A stretch of 64,000 bases of DNA from a bacterium (GCA_965203885.1 OZ241920.1:3858323-3922322), one strand, 5' to 3'; shown: positions 19,747-29,231, counted from the first letter of the stretch. Program-made: numbers and translations. Notes: generated by a model not told the origin, from the sequence alone.

Positions 19747-21072
19747 ATGCGGGCACGACGTACTCCGGCCATGACACGAAGACTGCTGTTGACTCGCGGA
19801 CTTGCGGGTCTGGCAGCGACGGTCCGGATGAGTCACCGGACTGCCGGAGCCGGCTCCACGTCTGCCGCGGCCGGTCAAGCAACTCGCGCAGACTCACTCT
19901 CCGCTTCGCAGGAGAACGAGATTGTCCTGGGCATGTCCGCCGCATTTTCCGGCCCCTCCCGAGGCTTGGGCAGCGAGCTCTACCGCGGCGCCATGGCCTA
20001 CTTCAACCACGTCAACGACAAGGGCGGGGTCAACGGCTGCAAGATCCTCCTGAAGCTCTACGACGACGGCTACCAGCCGGACCCCTGCGTCCGGAACACC
20101 ATGAAGCTCATGCTGGAGGACCAGGTATTCCTCCTGTTCGGTTACGTGGGGACGCCGACGGTGACACGGGTGCTGCCGCTGCTCAAGAAGTTCCAGGACG
20201 AAAAGGTCTATCTTTTCTTCCCCTTTACCGGAGCCCAGCCTCAGAGGGAACCGCCCTACGGCGATTTCGCCTTCAACCTGCGGGCGTCCTACCGGCAGGA
20301 GACCGCCGGCCTCGTCGACAATTTCCTTCGCGTCGGCAAGAAGCGCATCGCAGTTTTCTACCAGGCCGACGCCTACGGCAGGAGCGGCTGGGCGGGCGTC
20401 CGAGCGGCTCTGGCGGCCCACGGCGAGCAACTGGCCGGGGAGGCCACCTACCGCCGCGGGCAAAGGTTCACCGGCACCATGAGGGCACAGGTCGAAATCC
20501 TGCAGTCCGCTTCCCCCGACGCCGTGATCTGCATCGGCTCGTACGCCGCCTGCGCGGCGTTCGCGCGGGATGCGGTGGACCTGGGCCTCCGGGTTCCCAT
20601 CGCCAACCTCTCTTTCGTGGGAAGCGAAAACCTTCTTCAACTGCTCACGGAAGGGCGAGACGACGCCGAGCGATACACCCGGCACCTGGTCAACTCCCAG
20701 GTGGTTCCCAGCTATGAGAACACCTCCATTCCGGCCGTGCGCGAGTACCGGGAACTGATGGAACGCTACGACCCGGCCGTCCCCCGGGAATTGGTCAAGG
20801 AACCGTACAGTCCGTTCCCCCAGAGCTTCGTCAGCCTGGAGGGATTCCTCGACGCCAAGTTGATGACGGAGATCCTGCGGCGCATGGGGGGCGGGCACGA
20901 TCGAGCCAAATTGGAGAAGGCGGTCTTCTCGGTGCGGAACTATGACCTGGGAATCGGGGAACGGGTCTCGTTCGGCCCCGACCGCCGGCAGGGGCTTCAG
21001 AGGGTCTATTACACCGTCGTCGAGGGCGGCCGCTTCGTGACTCTCGACGACTGGCAGGGTTGGGTCTCTTGA
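19747..21072 (+). CDS. Periplasmic substrate-binding protein (LivJ / Peripla_BP_6-like)
   Basis: I prefer the ATG at 19747 (MRARRTPAMTRRLLLTRGLAGLAA) over the track start at 19495. Supporting motifs are LGMSAAFSGPSRGLGSELYRG and VNGCKILLKLYDDGYQP. Confidence 0.75.
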   Translation: MRARRTPAMTRRLLLTRGLAGLAATVRMSHRTAGAGSTSAAAGQATRADSLSASQENEIVLGMSAAFSGPSRGLGSELYRGAMAYFNHVNDKGGVNGCKILLKLYDDGYQPDPCVRNTMKLMLEDQVFLLFGYVGTPTVTRVLPLLKKFQDEKVYLFFPFTGAQPQREPPYGDFAFNLRASYRQETAGLVDNFLRVGKKRIAVFYQADAYGRSGWAGVRAALAAHGEQLAGEATYRRGQRFTGTMRAQVEILQSASPDAVICIGSYAACAAFARDAVDLGLRVPIANLSFVGSENLLQLLTEGRDDAERYTRHLVNSQVVPSYENTSIPAVREYRELMERYDPAVPRELVKEPYSPFPQSFVSLEGFLDAKLMTEILRRMGGGHDRAKLEKAVFSVRNYDLGIGERVSFGPDRRQGLQRVYYTVVEGGRFVTLDDWQGWVS

Positions 21073-21073
21073 A

Positions 21074-21817
21074 ATGAAGATTCAGAAGCTGTTCCAGAAA
21101 ACCCGGTTCGGTATCTTCGCCCTCTTCGGCCTGATCGTCCTGTCCACGTCGATCCTGTGCATCTATACCGTCGACACCCAGTTGTCGGCGGAATACGAGT
21201 CCAACACCCGAAACATCGCCAAGACCATCGCCGACGCCAGCGTGGACATCCTCCTGAACCGGAACCTGGCGACCCTGCAGTCGATGATCGACCAGTTCGT
21301 GGAGATTCAGGGCATCCGCTACATCTACATCACGAGTGAATCGGGCGAATACCTGGCTCACACCTTCGTACCCGGCATTCCCGAGCAGGTCCGCTCCAGC
21401 GATCCGTCCAGCACCGAGCCGGTCGAACGGAGCATTCCGGGGATGGGCGATTTCATAGAAGTGGGCAGCCCCATCCTGGCCGGCGTCGCCGGTACGGTCC
21501 ACGTGGGGATGGACCTGGACCTGGTCGCGCTCAAGATCCAGCGGGCCATCGGCCAGCAGGTCATCCTGATCTGCATCTTTCTGGTGGTCGGCGTTCTGGC
21601 TTCCATCTGGTTCGTCAACTTGGCGGCAAAACCGCTGGGAGGTCTCCTGGCGTACGCCGTCGACCTGGCGGGCAACCGGGACCCGCACCCGGCGAGGGAC
21701 GACGAACTGCTGGCCCGCGACGATGAAGTCGGAGACCTGGCCCGCCTCTTTCGTTACGTGTCCGAACGCAGGCCCGGTTCGATGGGGTCCGCCGCACCGC
21801 CGGGACAGGCCGGGTAG
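21074..21817 (+). CDS. Membrane sensor-like protein with a HAMP domain and no output domain
   Basis: 247 aa. It has two TM segments flanking a sensor region of about 130 aa, followed by PLGGLLAYAVDLAG...DEVGDLARLFRYV (HAMP). Confidence 0.6.
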   Translation: MKIQKLFQKTRFGIFALFGLIVLSTSILCIYTVDTQLSAEYESNTRNIAKTIADASVDILLNRNLATLQSMIDQFVEIQGIRYIYITSESGEYLAHTFVPGIPEQVRSSDPSSTEPVERSIPGMGDFIEVGSPILAGVAGTVHVGMDLDLVALKIQRAIGQQVILICIFLVVGVLASIWFVNLAAKPLGGLLAYAVDLAGNRDPHPARDDELLARDDEVGDLARLFRYVSERRPGSMGSAAPPGQAG

Positions 21818-21831
21818 GAGGAAGTCGAGCA

Positions 21832-23136
21832 GTGCGCTTACCGCGAAGCGTCATAGCTCTCATCTGCACGACTCTTCAAATCTGCTTCGGCACGGTCTAC
21901 GCGTGGAGCTTCTTCCAGACGATGTTGGTTCGGCAGATCGGCTGGACCCATACGCAGACCGCCTGGGCCTTCAGCATCGCCATCTTCTCGCTGGGCGTCT
22001 CCGCGGCCTGGGCGGGAAGCATGCTGCCCCGCCTGGGTCCCCGGTTGCTGGCCCTGGCCGGCAGCATCATGTTCTCCGGGGGATACCTGATCGCCGGCAC
22101 GGCGCTCCATTTCGGTCTGGTCCCGCTCTTCTACCTGGGGTATGGCGTGATCGGCGGCGCCGGGATCGGCTTCGGATACGTGACGCCCGTCGCCACGGTC
22201 GCCAAGTGGTTTCCGGACCGCAAGGGGCTGGCCACCGGCATCGTGGTGATGGGGTTCGGAGTCGGCGCCTTCCTTCTGAGCAAGGGACTGGCGCCGTTCC
22301 TGATCGTCCGGACGGCGGGAGCGCTGCCCCTGGTCTTCTTCTGGCTCGGAATCATTTTCGCCTGCATCCTGATTCCCTGCAGCCTCCTCCTGAGCAATCC
22401 CCCCGCGTCTGCTGCTCAGACTACGGGAAACCAAAGCATCCGGCAGGATGCCGCCGAACCCCGGTCCGCCCGGACGTATCTGGGCACCACCCAGTTCGTC
22501 ATCATGTGGATCGTCTTCTTCTTCAACATCGCCGCCGGGATTTCGGTGATCAGCTTCCAGTCGGAGCTCCTCCAAGAGATCTGGGGGCTCTCCGATTCCT
22601 CGATCGAGCCGACCACGCTTGCCGCATACGGCGCGACGCTCATCGCCGTCAGTTCGCTCTGCAACGGAGTGGGACGCCTGTTCTGGGGACTCCTCTCGGA
22701 CCGCCTGGGCCGGGCTGCCGTCTTCCGCATCCTGCTGGCCAGCCAGATGGTGGTCTTCGGGGTTCTCATGACGGAGACCAACCCCTGGATCTTCTCGGTT
22801 CTGGTCTGCTACGTGCTTCTCTGCTTCGGCGGCGGATTCGCCACCATGCCCCCCTTCGTGCTCGACGTCTTCGGCAGCAGGAAGATGTCCACCATCTACG
22901 GCGTGATTCTCACGGCGTGGGCCGCCGCCGGCATCTGCGGCCCCCTCTACATGGGGTATCTGAAGGACACCTACCCCGACCGGGCCGTCATGTACTGCTT
23001 TCTCATCGGCATCCTCATGCTGGGCGCCGGCTATCTGTTTTCCTACCTGCTCAATGACGGGAGGATTCGACTGGGGCGGCCGACCCTGGAGAGCACGTTG
23101 CACCGGTATGGGATCCCGGCGCCGGGCAAGAGCTGA
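21832..23136 (+). CDS. MFS transporter (oxalate/formate-antiporter-like family)
   Basis: 434 aa, about 12 TM helices, with ICFGTVYAWSFF near the N-terminus. Confidence 0.75.
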   Translation: MRLPRSVIALICTTLQICFGTVYAWSFFQTMLVRQIGWTHTQTAWAFSIAIFSLGVSAAWAGSMLPRLGPRLLALAGSIMFSGGYLIAGTALHFGLVPLFYLGYGVIGGAGIGFGYVTPVATVAKWFPDRKGLATGIVVMGFGVGAFLLSKGLAPFLIVRTAGALPLVFFWLGIIFACILIPCSLLLSNPPASAAQTTGNQSIRQDAAEPRSARTYLGTTQFVIMWIVFFFNIAAGISVISFQSELLQEIWGLSDSSIEPTTLAAYGATLIAVSSLCNGVGRLFWGLLSDRLGRAAVFRILLASQMVVFGVLMTETNPWIFSVLVCYVLLCFGGGFATMPPFVLDVFGSRKMSTIYGVILTAWAAAGICGPLYMGYLKDTYPDRAVMYCFLIGILMLGAGYLFSYLLNDGRIRLGRPTLESTLHRYGIPAPGKS

Positions 23137-23229
23137 AATCGGCCCGGATCGGAACGCTTCAAATCGTGATTGTTTCAGTCCGACTTCCGCCACCTGATTG
23201 CGGTATCCTTGTCCCCGCTGCCGGCTCGG

Positions 23230-23769
23230 ATGGATGACGCCGGCGATCCCGGCATCATGCGACGACGCGAGTGGTTTCGGAAATTGATGGGCGGCGTCAT
23301 GGGAATCGGCCTGTTGGCCGTTCCCCTGGGAGCGGGCCTTCTCTTCCTCCTCAATCCCCTACGCCGCCGTGCCGAGCAGCACGGCTTCAGTCGCGTTGCC
23401 TCCGTCGACAGCCTGCCGCTGGGCACCCCCCGTCACTTCATGGTGCGAGGCCGGCGCCGGGACGCTTGGGAGGTGGGCGCCCAGGTTCCGCTGGGAGCCG
23501 TTTACCTGGTGCGGCAGGAGACCGGTATCCGGGCCTTCCAGGTCATCTGTCCCCATGCCGGATGCTTCGTCGGATATGAAACGGCCAGGCAGCGGTTCCT
23601 CTGTCCCTGCCACGACAGCTCCTTCGGGCTGGACGGCTCCATCTCCGATCCGGAGAGCCCGTCTCCCCGGGGTCTGGATGAGCTGGAGGTCAAGATCGAG
23701 AAGGGCGAGATCCTGGTCCGCTACCAGGAGTTTCGACCCGGCGTCACCGAGAGGATCGCCATCTCGTGA
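23230..23769 (+). CDS. Rieske [2Fe-2S] subunit of a cytochrome bc-type complex
   Basis: Has CPHAGCFV and CPCHDSSF boxes and a TAT-like RRREWFRKL. The start is chosen at MDDAG (23230), while the track ORF starts at 23170. Confidence 0.8.
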   Translation: MDDAGDPGIMRRREWFRKLMGGVMGIGLLAVPLGAGLLFLLNPLRRRAEQHGFSRVASVDSLPLGTPRHFMVRGRRRDAWEVGAQVPLGAVYLVRQETGIRAFQVICPHAGCFVGYETARQRFLCPCHDSSFGLDGSISDPESPSPRGLDELEVKIEKGEILVRYQEFRPGVTERIAIS

Positions 23770-25589
23770 GCCGCGTGAGCGATTGGCTGGATCGCAGAAC
23801 GGGCTACCGGCGACTCCTGTCCTGGCTGCTCTACGAGTCGATCCCGGGCGGCGCCAGGTGGCGCTACGTCTGGGGCAGCACCCTGGTCTTCACCTTCCTG
23901 CTCCAACTCTTCACCGGCCTCCTCCTTTGGACCGCCTACAGCCCCTCGATCCGGTCGGCCTGGGAGAGCGTCTACTTCATCCAACACCAGATGGAGCTGG
24001 GCTGGTTCATCCGGGGGCTGCACCACTACGCCTCCCACGCCATGATCGTGCTGCTGGTCTGCCACCTCCTGCAGGTGGTCATCGCGGGCGCGTACCGCTC
24101 ACCCCGCGAGATCAACTGGTGGTTCGGCCTGCTCCTCATGGGGCTGGTGCTGGGAACGTCCCTCACCGGGTACCTGTTGCCGTGGGACGAGCGCGGATAC
24201 TGGGCCACCCAGGTGACCACCAAGATCCTGGGGATCGTCCCCCTGCTGGGGCCGACCCTGGAACGCCTCCTGCTGGGCGGACCCACCTACGGCCATCACA
24301 CGCTCACCCGCTTCTTCGCCCTCCACGCCGGGTTGTTGCCCGCCCTGCTGGTGCTGGTGACGGTGCTGCACGTCGTCCTGTTTCGGCGCCACGGGGTGAC
24401 CCATCCCGAGGACGCCAAGGGAGAGGCCACTTTCTGGCCCCGGCAGGCGTTTCTGGATGGCGTGGCCTGCCTGGCCGTGCTGGTGGTGCTGGTGGCGCTG
24501 ACGGGATGGAGCGGTTCGGAACGGGGCTTCGTCTTCGGACCCGAAGGCGGGGCTCCCCTGGATGCGCCGGCCGACCCTTCCCGGCCCTCTCCTTCGGCAC
24601 GCCCCGAGTGGTACCTGCTCTTCCTGTACCAGTTCCTGAAGTATTTCCCGGGCCGGAGCGAGGTGATCGGCGCCGTGGTGATTCCCTCGTTCGTGGTCGG
24701 AGTCATGTTGTGTTTCCCCTTTCTGGGCCGCGTCCGCCGGGGGCACGCGTTGTGCGTCGGGATCACCTTCGCCACGCTCACCGGCGCACTGCTGCTGACG
24801 GTGACGGCCGTCCGGGAGGACCAGACCCGGCCCATGTACCAGGCGGGACTGGCGGAGGCGCAACAGAAGGCCCGGCGCATCCTGGACTTGGCCAGGGAGA
24901 ACGGGATTCCTCCCGACGGCGCCCTGGCGATGCTGCACCGGGACCCGCAGACTCAGGGTCCGCCGTTGTTTCGGGACAACTGCTCGGCCTGCCACCGCTG
25001 GGACGGTCATGACGGAACCGGGGCCCGGGTGACGGAGGTCCGGGATGGAGAGTCCGTGGCGGTCGCCCCGAGCGCCAGCGACCTGGCGGGATTCGGCACT
25101 CCGCAATGGGTCGCCGGGTTTCTGAGGGATCCCTCGTCGGAGCGCTTCTTCGGGCGGACCCGTCACCGGGACGGGACCATGGTCCAGTGGGCCGGGAAGA
25201 ACATCCCCCTCATGACCGGGCGAGAGATCGAAGCCGTGTCGGCGTTCATCATCCACCAGCCGGACGACTCCAAGACAGCGGCTGACCCGGAGCTCATGGC
25301 GCTCGGAGCGCGCGTTTTCTCGGCAGGAACTTCGGACGGGGCCCAAAGCTGCGTCATGTGCCATCAACTCGACCATCCGCAGGTTTCCGGGTCGGGAATG
25401 GCTCTGGGACCGGACCTGACCGGCTACGGCTCACCGGAGTGGCTGAGCGGAATCATCAGGGATTCTTCCCAGCCCCGTTTCTACGGCAGCCAGAACTCCG
25501 GGATGCCCAAGTTCGCCCATCGGCTCCGCAGCCAGGAGCTCCAACTCCTGACCGACTGGATCCTGGAGGAGAGCCGAACCGGAAAGTAG
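23766..25589 (+). CDS. Cytochrome b fused to a C-terminal dihaem c-type cytochrome
   Basis: 607 aa. The N-terminal cytochrome b helices include FIRGLHHYASHAMIV. Two CxxCH motifs follow (CSACH, CVMCH). The start overlaps the Rieske stop. Confidence 0.8.
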   Translation: MSRVSDWLDRRTGYRRLLSWLLYESIPGGARWRYVWGSTLVFTFLLQLFTGLLLWTAYSPSIRSAWESVYFIQHQMELGWFIRGLHHYASHAMIVLLVCHLLQVVIAGAYRSPREINWWFGLLLMGLVLGTSLTGYLLPWDERGYWATQVTTKILGIVPLLGPTLERLLLGGPTYGHHTLTRFFALHAGLLPALLVLVTVLHVVLFRRHGVTHPEDAKGEATFWPRQAFLDGVACLAVLVVLVALTGWSGSERGFVFGPEGGAPLDAPADPSRPSPSARPEWYLLFLYQFLKYFPGRSEVIGAVVIPSFVVGVMLCFPFLGRVRRGHALCVGITFATLTGALLLTVTAVREDQTRPMYQAGLAEAQQKARRILDLARENGIPPDGALAMLHRDPQTQGPPLFRDNCSACHRWDGHDGTGARVTEVRDGESVAVAPSASDLAGFGTPQWVAGFLRDPSSERFFGRTRHRDGTMVQWAGKNIPLMTGREIEAVSAFIIHQPDDSKTAADPELMALGARVFSAGTSDGAQSCVMCHQLDHPQVSGSGMALGPDLTGYGSPEWLSGIIRDSSQPRFYGSQNSGMPKFAHRLRSQELQLLTDWILEESRTGK

Positions 25590-25595
25590 AGGACA

Positions 25596-27548
25596 GTGGC
25601 CATGAACCCGGAAATCACGCCCGGCCGGAAGCGTCCCGCCGCCGCTTCGGACGGCTCCGGAGCCGGATTTCGAGCCCTGTTCTTCATGGTCCTGACCGCT
25701 GCCGTTCTATTCCCGGGCTGTACTCAACCGGCTCCGGTCGAGACCCGGGAGGACGGCCGGCTCCCCATCTTCCACCGGACTGGAACTCCCATCTACTTCG
25801 CCGACCTGAGCCGGGCACAACCGGAATCGGCCCTGACCCGGCAGGAGAAACGCTTCGCCTGGAGGCTCATCGACTACGAGACCGCGCACTTCAAGGGAAC
25901 CCTGGTCTTTGCGGGGGAGGAGGCCCAAGCTCCCGACCTGACTCTGGGCCTGGACACGGCGGGCGTTCACGATGTGTACGTCGGCATGTTCAACACCGCC
26001 TGGAGGCCTTACCAGAACATGAACGTGCGGGCCAGGCTGAGCGGCGACCCTGCTTTTTCGACGCTGTTCCTGCCGGCGCCGAAGGGCTTGACCTCGGGGG
26101 TGCCCGAGGACGACACCGTCCGGGGCCCCCGGATTCAGGAAGTCTATTTCAAGACCGCCGACCTGAGCGGCCAGGACCTCATCCTCCGGCAACCGTGCCA
26201 GCGGGTCGTCCCTCCGGACCAGGAGTACGGGAACCCGTGCGAGAAGGCCTGGATCGCCTACGTCAAGCTGGTGCCGCTGAATCCGGAGGAGGTGGCCACC
26301 CTGGAGCAGGACCGCAAGCGGACCGACACCCGCCGGCTCTTCGGCTACAACGACTCCTGGGCCGTGGCCTGGGGGCGCGCGGAGCCGGCCTCGGCCGAGT
26401 TCGTCCGCTCCCACCTGGAGCCCTACCGCAACAGCGACTTCCGGCGGATCTACTGGGATGGGATCCACGGGGACGTCTGCAACTACTTCACCCGAATCGG
26501 AAGGATGTGGACGCGGGAACACTATCCCCTGGAGGATTTCGTCAGGACGGGCGACCGGCTGCTGGTCGAGTCCTGGACCGAGTACGTGGAAAAGGGGATC
26601 GACCCACTCCGGGTGGCGGCCGAGGCCGCCCGCGAGATGGGTCTCGAGATCCACGTCAACTACCGGCTGGGGTGGGGACCGTTCTATTGGCCGCCGCCCT
26701 GGGAGGCCTTCAACCGGGGAGGCTTCTGGGACCGGCATCCCGAGTGGCGGACCGTGCATCGCGACGGCACGCCAGGGACCGCCATGTCGTTGGCCTTTCC
26801 CGGTGTTCGGGACACCATGCTGAGCTTCGTCCGCGAGATGGCCGCGTATCCCGTCGACGGCATCGCCATCCTCTACAACCGCCAGCCCCCGTACGTCGAG
26901 TATGAAGCTCCCCTGGTGGAGGGGTTCCAGGGTGAGTCCGGCAAGGATCCCAGGGAGTTGGATGAGCAGGACCCCGAATGGCGCGACTGGCTGGCCTACC
27001 GCAGCCGGGCCGCCACCCGGTTCATGAAGGACCTGCGCCGGACGCTGGAAGAATCGGCCCGGGAGCAGGGCCGCGACGAGCCCTTCGAGATTACGGCCTG
27101 GGTCTTCGGCAGCCTGCAGGAGAACCTGGAATTCGGGTTGGATCCGGAGACCTGGGTGCGGGAGGGGCTGGTGGACACCCTGATCCCCTACTCCTCGGCC
27201 AAACACCTCTTCAGTTGGCAGCCGTCGTGGGAAGACCCGCGGGACGTGGCCGCGTGGGTGTCGCTGACCCGGGGGACGGGGACGAAACTCGCCCTGAACG
27301 TCATGCCCCGCAACCTGCCGGTGGCCGAATACAGGCGCAAGGCCCATGCCCTCTACGGCGCCGGAGTGGAGTACCTGGCCTTCTGGGACACGGTCATCCA
27401 CGGCAGCGCGTCGTCCCTGGCGTTGCGCCGCCTGGGGCACGCCGAAGAGATCGCCGCCTGGCTGAAAGCGGGACAGCCGGCGGAGGAACTGCCCTTCTCC
27501 CGCCTGCGAAAACTGGGAGACTGGGACCTGAGTTTCTTCCCCGAGTGA
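25596..27548 (+). CDS. Hypothetical lipoprotein
   Basis: 650 aa with a lipobox in VLFPGCTQ. The frame is GC3-rich. No domain was recognised with confidence. Confidence 0.6.
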   Translation: MAMNPEITPGRKRPAAASDGSGAGFRALFFMVLTAAVLFPGCTQPAPVETREDGRLPIFHRTGTPIYFADLSRAQPESALTRQEKRFAWRLIDYETAHFKGTLVFAGEEAQAPDLTLGLDTAGVHDVYVGMFNTAWRPYQNMNVRARLSGDPAFSTLFLPAPKGLTSGVPEDDTVRGPRIQEVYFKTADLSGQDLILRQPCQRVVPPDQEYGNPCEKAWIAYVKLVPLNPEEVATLEQDRKRTDTRRLFGYNDSWAVAWGRAEPASAEFVRSHLEPYRNSDFRRIYWDGIHGDVCNYFTRIGRMWTREHYPLEDFVRTGDRLLVESWTEYVEKGIDPLRVAAEAAREMGLEIHVNYRLGWGPFYWPPPWEAFNRGGFWDRHPEWRTVHRDGTPGTAMSLAFPGVRDTMLSFVREMAAYPVDGIAILYNRQPPYVEYEAPLVEGFQGESGKDPRELDEQDPEWRDWLAYRSRAATRFMKDLRRTLEESAREQGRDEPFEITAWVFGSLQENLEFGLDPETWVREGLVDTLIPYSSAKHLFSWQPSWEDPRDVAAWVSLTRGTGTKLALNVMPRNLPVAEYRRKAHALYGAGVEYLAFWDTVIHGSASSLALRRLGHAEEIAAWLKAGQPAEELPFSRLRKLGDWDLSFFPE

Positions 27549-27585
27549 CGCTGCACCGCTCTCCCGAACGGGGGAGACTGGACCC

Positions 27586-28356
27586 ATGGAAAATCGCATC
27601 GCCCTCGTGACCGGCGCCGGCCGCGGCATCGGTCGCGCCATCGCTCTCGGACTTGCCGCCGAAGGCGCGCGAGTCGCGGTCACCGCGCGCAGTATGGACG
27701 AGCTGGAGAGCCTGGCCCGCGAAGTGAAGGCCGCAGGAGGAGACGCGCTCGTGGTCCCCGGCGACCTGTCCGACCGATCAACGCCGGACCGCATCGTCCG
27801 GACCGTCACCGAGACCTGGGGTCCCGTCGAGATCCTGGTCAACAACGCCGGCGTGGGCAGCAGTATGAACCCCAAGCCCCTGGTCGATTTCGACGACGAC
27901 TTCTGGGACCTGACGCTCATGATCAACCTGACGGCGCCCTACCTTTTCACGCGGCTGGTCCTTCCCCCCATGATGGAGCGCGGTTGGGGGCGGATCATCA
28001 ACATCGCGTCCATTGCCGGGCGGATCGGGACCCTGCACGGCGCCGCCTACGGCGTCAGCAAGCAAGGCCTTCTGGGTCTGACCCGGACCACGGCGGTCGA
28101 GGCGGCCGCCCACGGCATCACCGCCAACGCCCTCTGCCCCGGCGTGACGCGCTCCCGCCTGAACGATCTGCGCCTGGAGTACGACTCGCGGCGGCTGGGG
28201 GTCAGCTTCGAACAACTGGAAAGGGAATCCACTCCGCTGGGGCGGCGTCTGGAACCGGAAGAGGTGGCGGTCCTGGCCGTTCAACTGGCTCGGGACGAAG
28301 CCCGGGGCATCAACGGACAGTCCATCAACGTCTGCGGCGGGCGGGTTTTCAGTTAA
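27586..28356 (+). CDS. SDR-family oxidoreductase (FabG-like)
   Basis: Has TGAGRGIGRAIA, NNAG and YGVSK motifs. Confidence 0.85.
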   Translation: MENRIALVTGAGRGIGRAIALGLAAEGARVAVTARSMDELESLAREVKAAGGDALVVPGDLSDRSTPDRIVRTVTETWGPVEILVNNAGVGSSMNPKPLVDFDDDFWDLTLMINLTAPYLFTRLVLPPMMERGWGRIINIASIAGRIGTLHGAAYGVSKQGLLGLTRTTAVEAAAHGITANALCPGVTRSRLNDLRLEYDSRRLGVSFEQLERESTPLGRRLEPEEVAVLAVQLARDEARGINGQSINVCGGRVFS

Positions 28357-28367
28357 GCCGCCCGGAG

Positions 28368-28530
28368 GGGCGATTTCCTAATCGCCCACCAGGAACGGCG
28401 ATTTCCAGTCGCCCAGTCTTCTTCCACGTTGCCCTGCGATTTGGCCGCGGGAAAGCGTACAAGGGGGACTGCCGTCCCCCCTAACCCCCTACGCGGTGGC
28501 TAGAAACCGCCGCTCCTGTCGGCGATTGGA
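28368..28530. repeat. Cluster of short REP-like hairpins
   Basis: GGGCGATT-TCCT-AATCGCCC (28368..28387), GGCGA-TTTCCAG-TCGCC (28397..28413) and GGGGGAC-TGCC-GTCCCCC (28463..28480). A GCGGTGG...CCGCCGC stem follows, then half of a GGCGATT hairpin at the intron junction. Confidence 0.7.
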
Positions 28531-29174
28531 GTCGCGGTAGGGACGCCGGTTGCCCAGCGCCCCCCGCGCAGATCCGTGCGTGCCCGTTAAGGCACACGGC
28601 TCCTACCTCAGGTAGTGACGGCAGGGTGCGACGCCTCCCGTATCCGACCCCCGCCTGTATCACGGTAGTCCGGCTCTGGGTCCGGGCCGTGCTTTGGTGG
28701 GCCGAAACTCCCCTTGGTTCCATCCCTTCGCTCCACGGACTCCGCAGAGAGTTGCCCCTCCTTGTTCGCCCGCTTCATCACTACTATGGATGAATCCGAT
28801 TGCTTCCTCTTTCTCCTCATGGGGTACGGCTTTCTCCTTTCCCATGAGGCCCCGGCTTTCACCGGGGTCAGAGCAAGCCCTCCCAGGTCCCGACACAAGA
28901 TGTACGTACGTGCATGGGTTCTTTGACACCGCGGAGCCCGGCCGTCCCTCACCTTGGCGGTCCAGCCGGTGTTGCCTTCGACCGCGATTACAGCCTCGGC
29001 ACTTCCGAACAAGGAGCTTTCGATGCTCAATAGCCTGCCCATACGCACCGCTACCGACGCTTCGCCGACACCCTCACGAGTGCCCACGCACGGCTCGCGG
29101 AGAAACGTGGATGGTTGGTCCTTTCGTTCCAGCGGACTTTCACCGCCTATCTTGTGCCAGTTAGCCTGGCGCAC
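28531..29174 (-). mobile_element. ORF-less group II intron (ribozyme core only, about 644 nt)
   Basis: On the minus strand the 5' end is GUGCGCC (29174..29168). Domain V-like GAGCCGUGUGCCUUAACGGGCACGCACGGAUC is at 28602..28571, with the AGC triad and a 2-nt bulge. A domain VI-like stem with a bulged A lies 7 nt before a ...GAC 3' end. Internal AAUCGC (rc of 28984..28989) is complementary to the last 6 nt of the 5' exon (GCGAUU), an EBS1/IBS1 pairing. There are no reverse-transcriptase motifs in any frame. One domain V position deviates: G.A where G.U is expected. Confidence 0.75.
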
Positions 29175-29231
29175 AATCGCCGCTCCCGCCGCTTCCCTTA
29201 TGTCGGCGGCCGGGACTATAGTGGTCGCGCT

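Noticed and set aside
28357-28530. Hairpin repeat clusters here and at 35560-35813 and 49020-49610 considered as a CRISPR array.
   Set aside because: The units are not identical direct repeats at a regular spacing with unique spacers. They are palindromic, heterogeneous and few in number. No cas genes are present.
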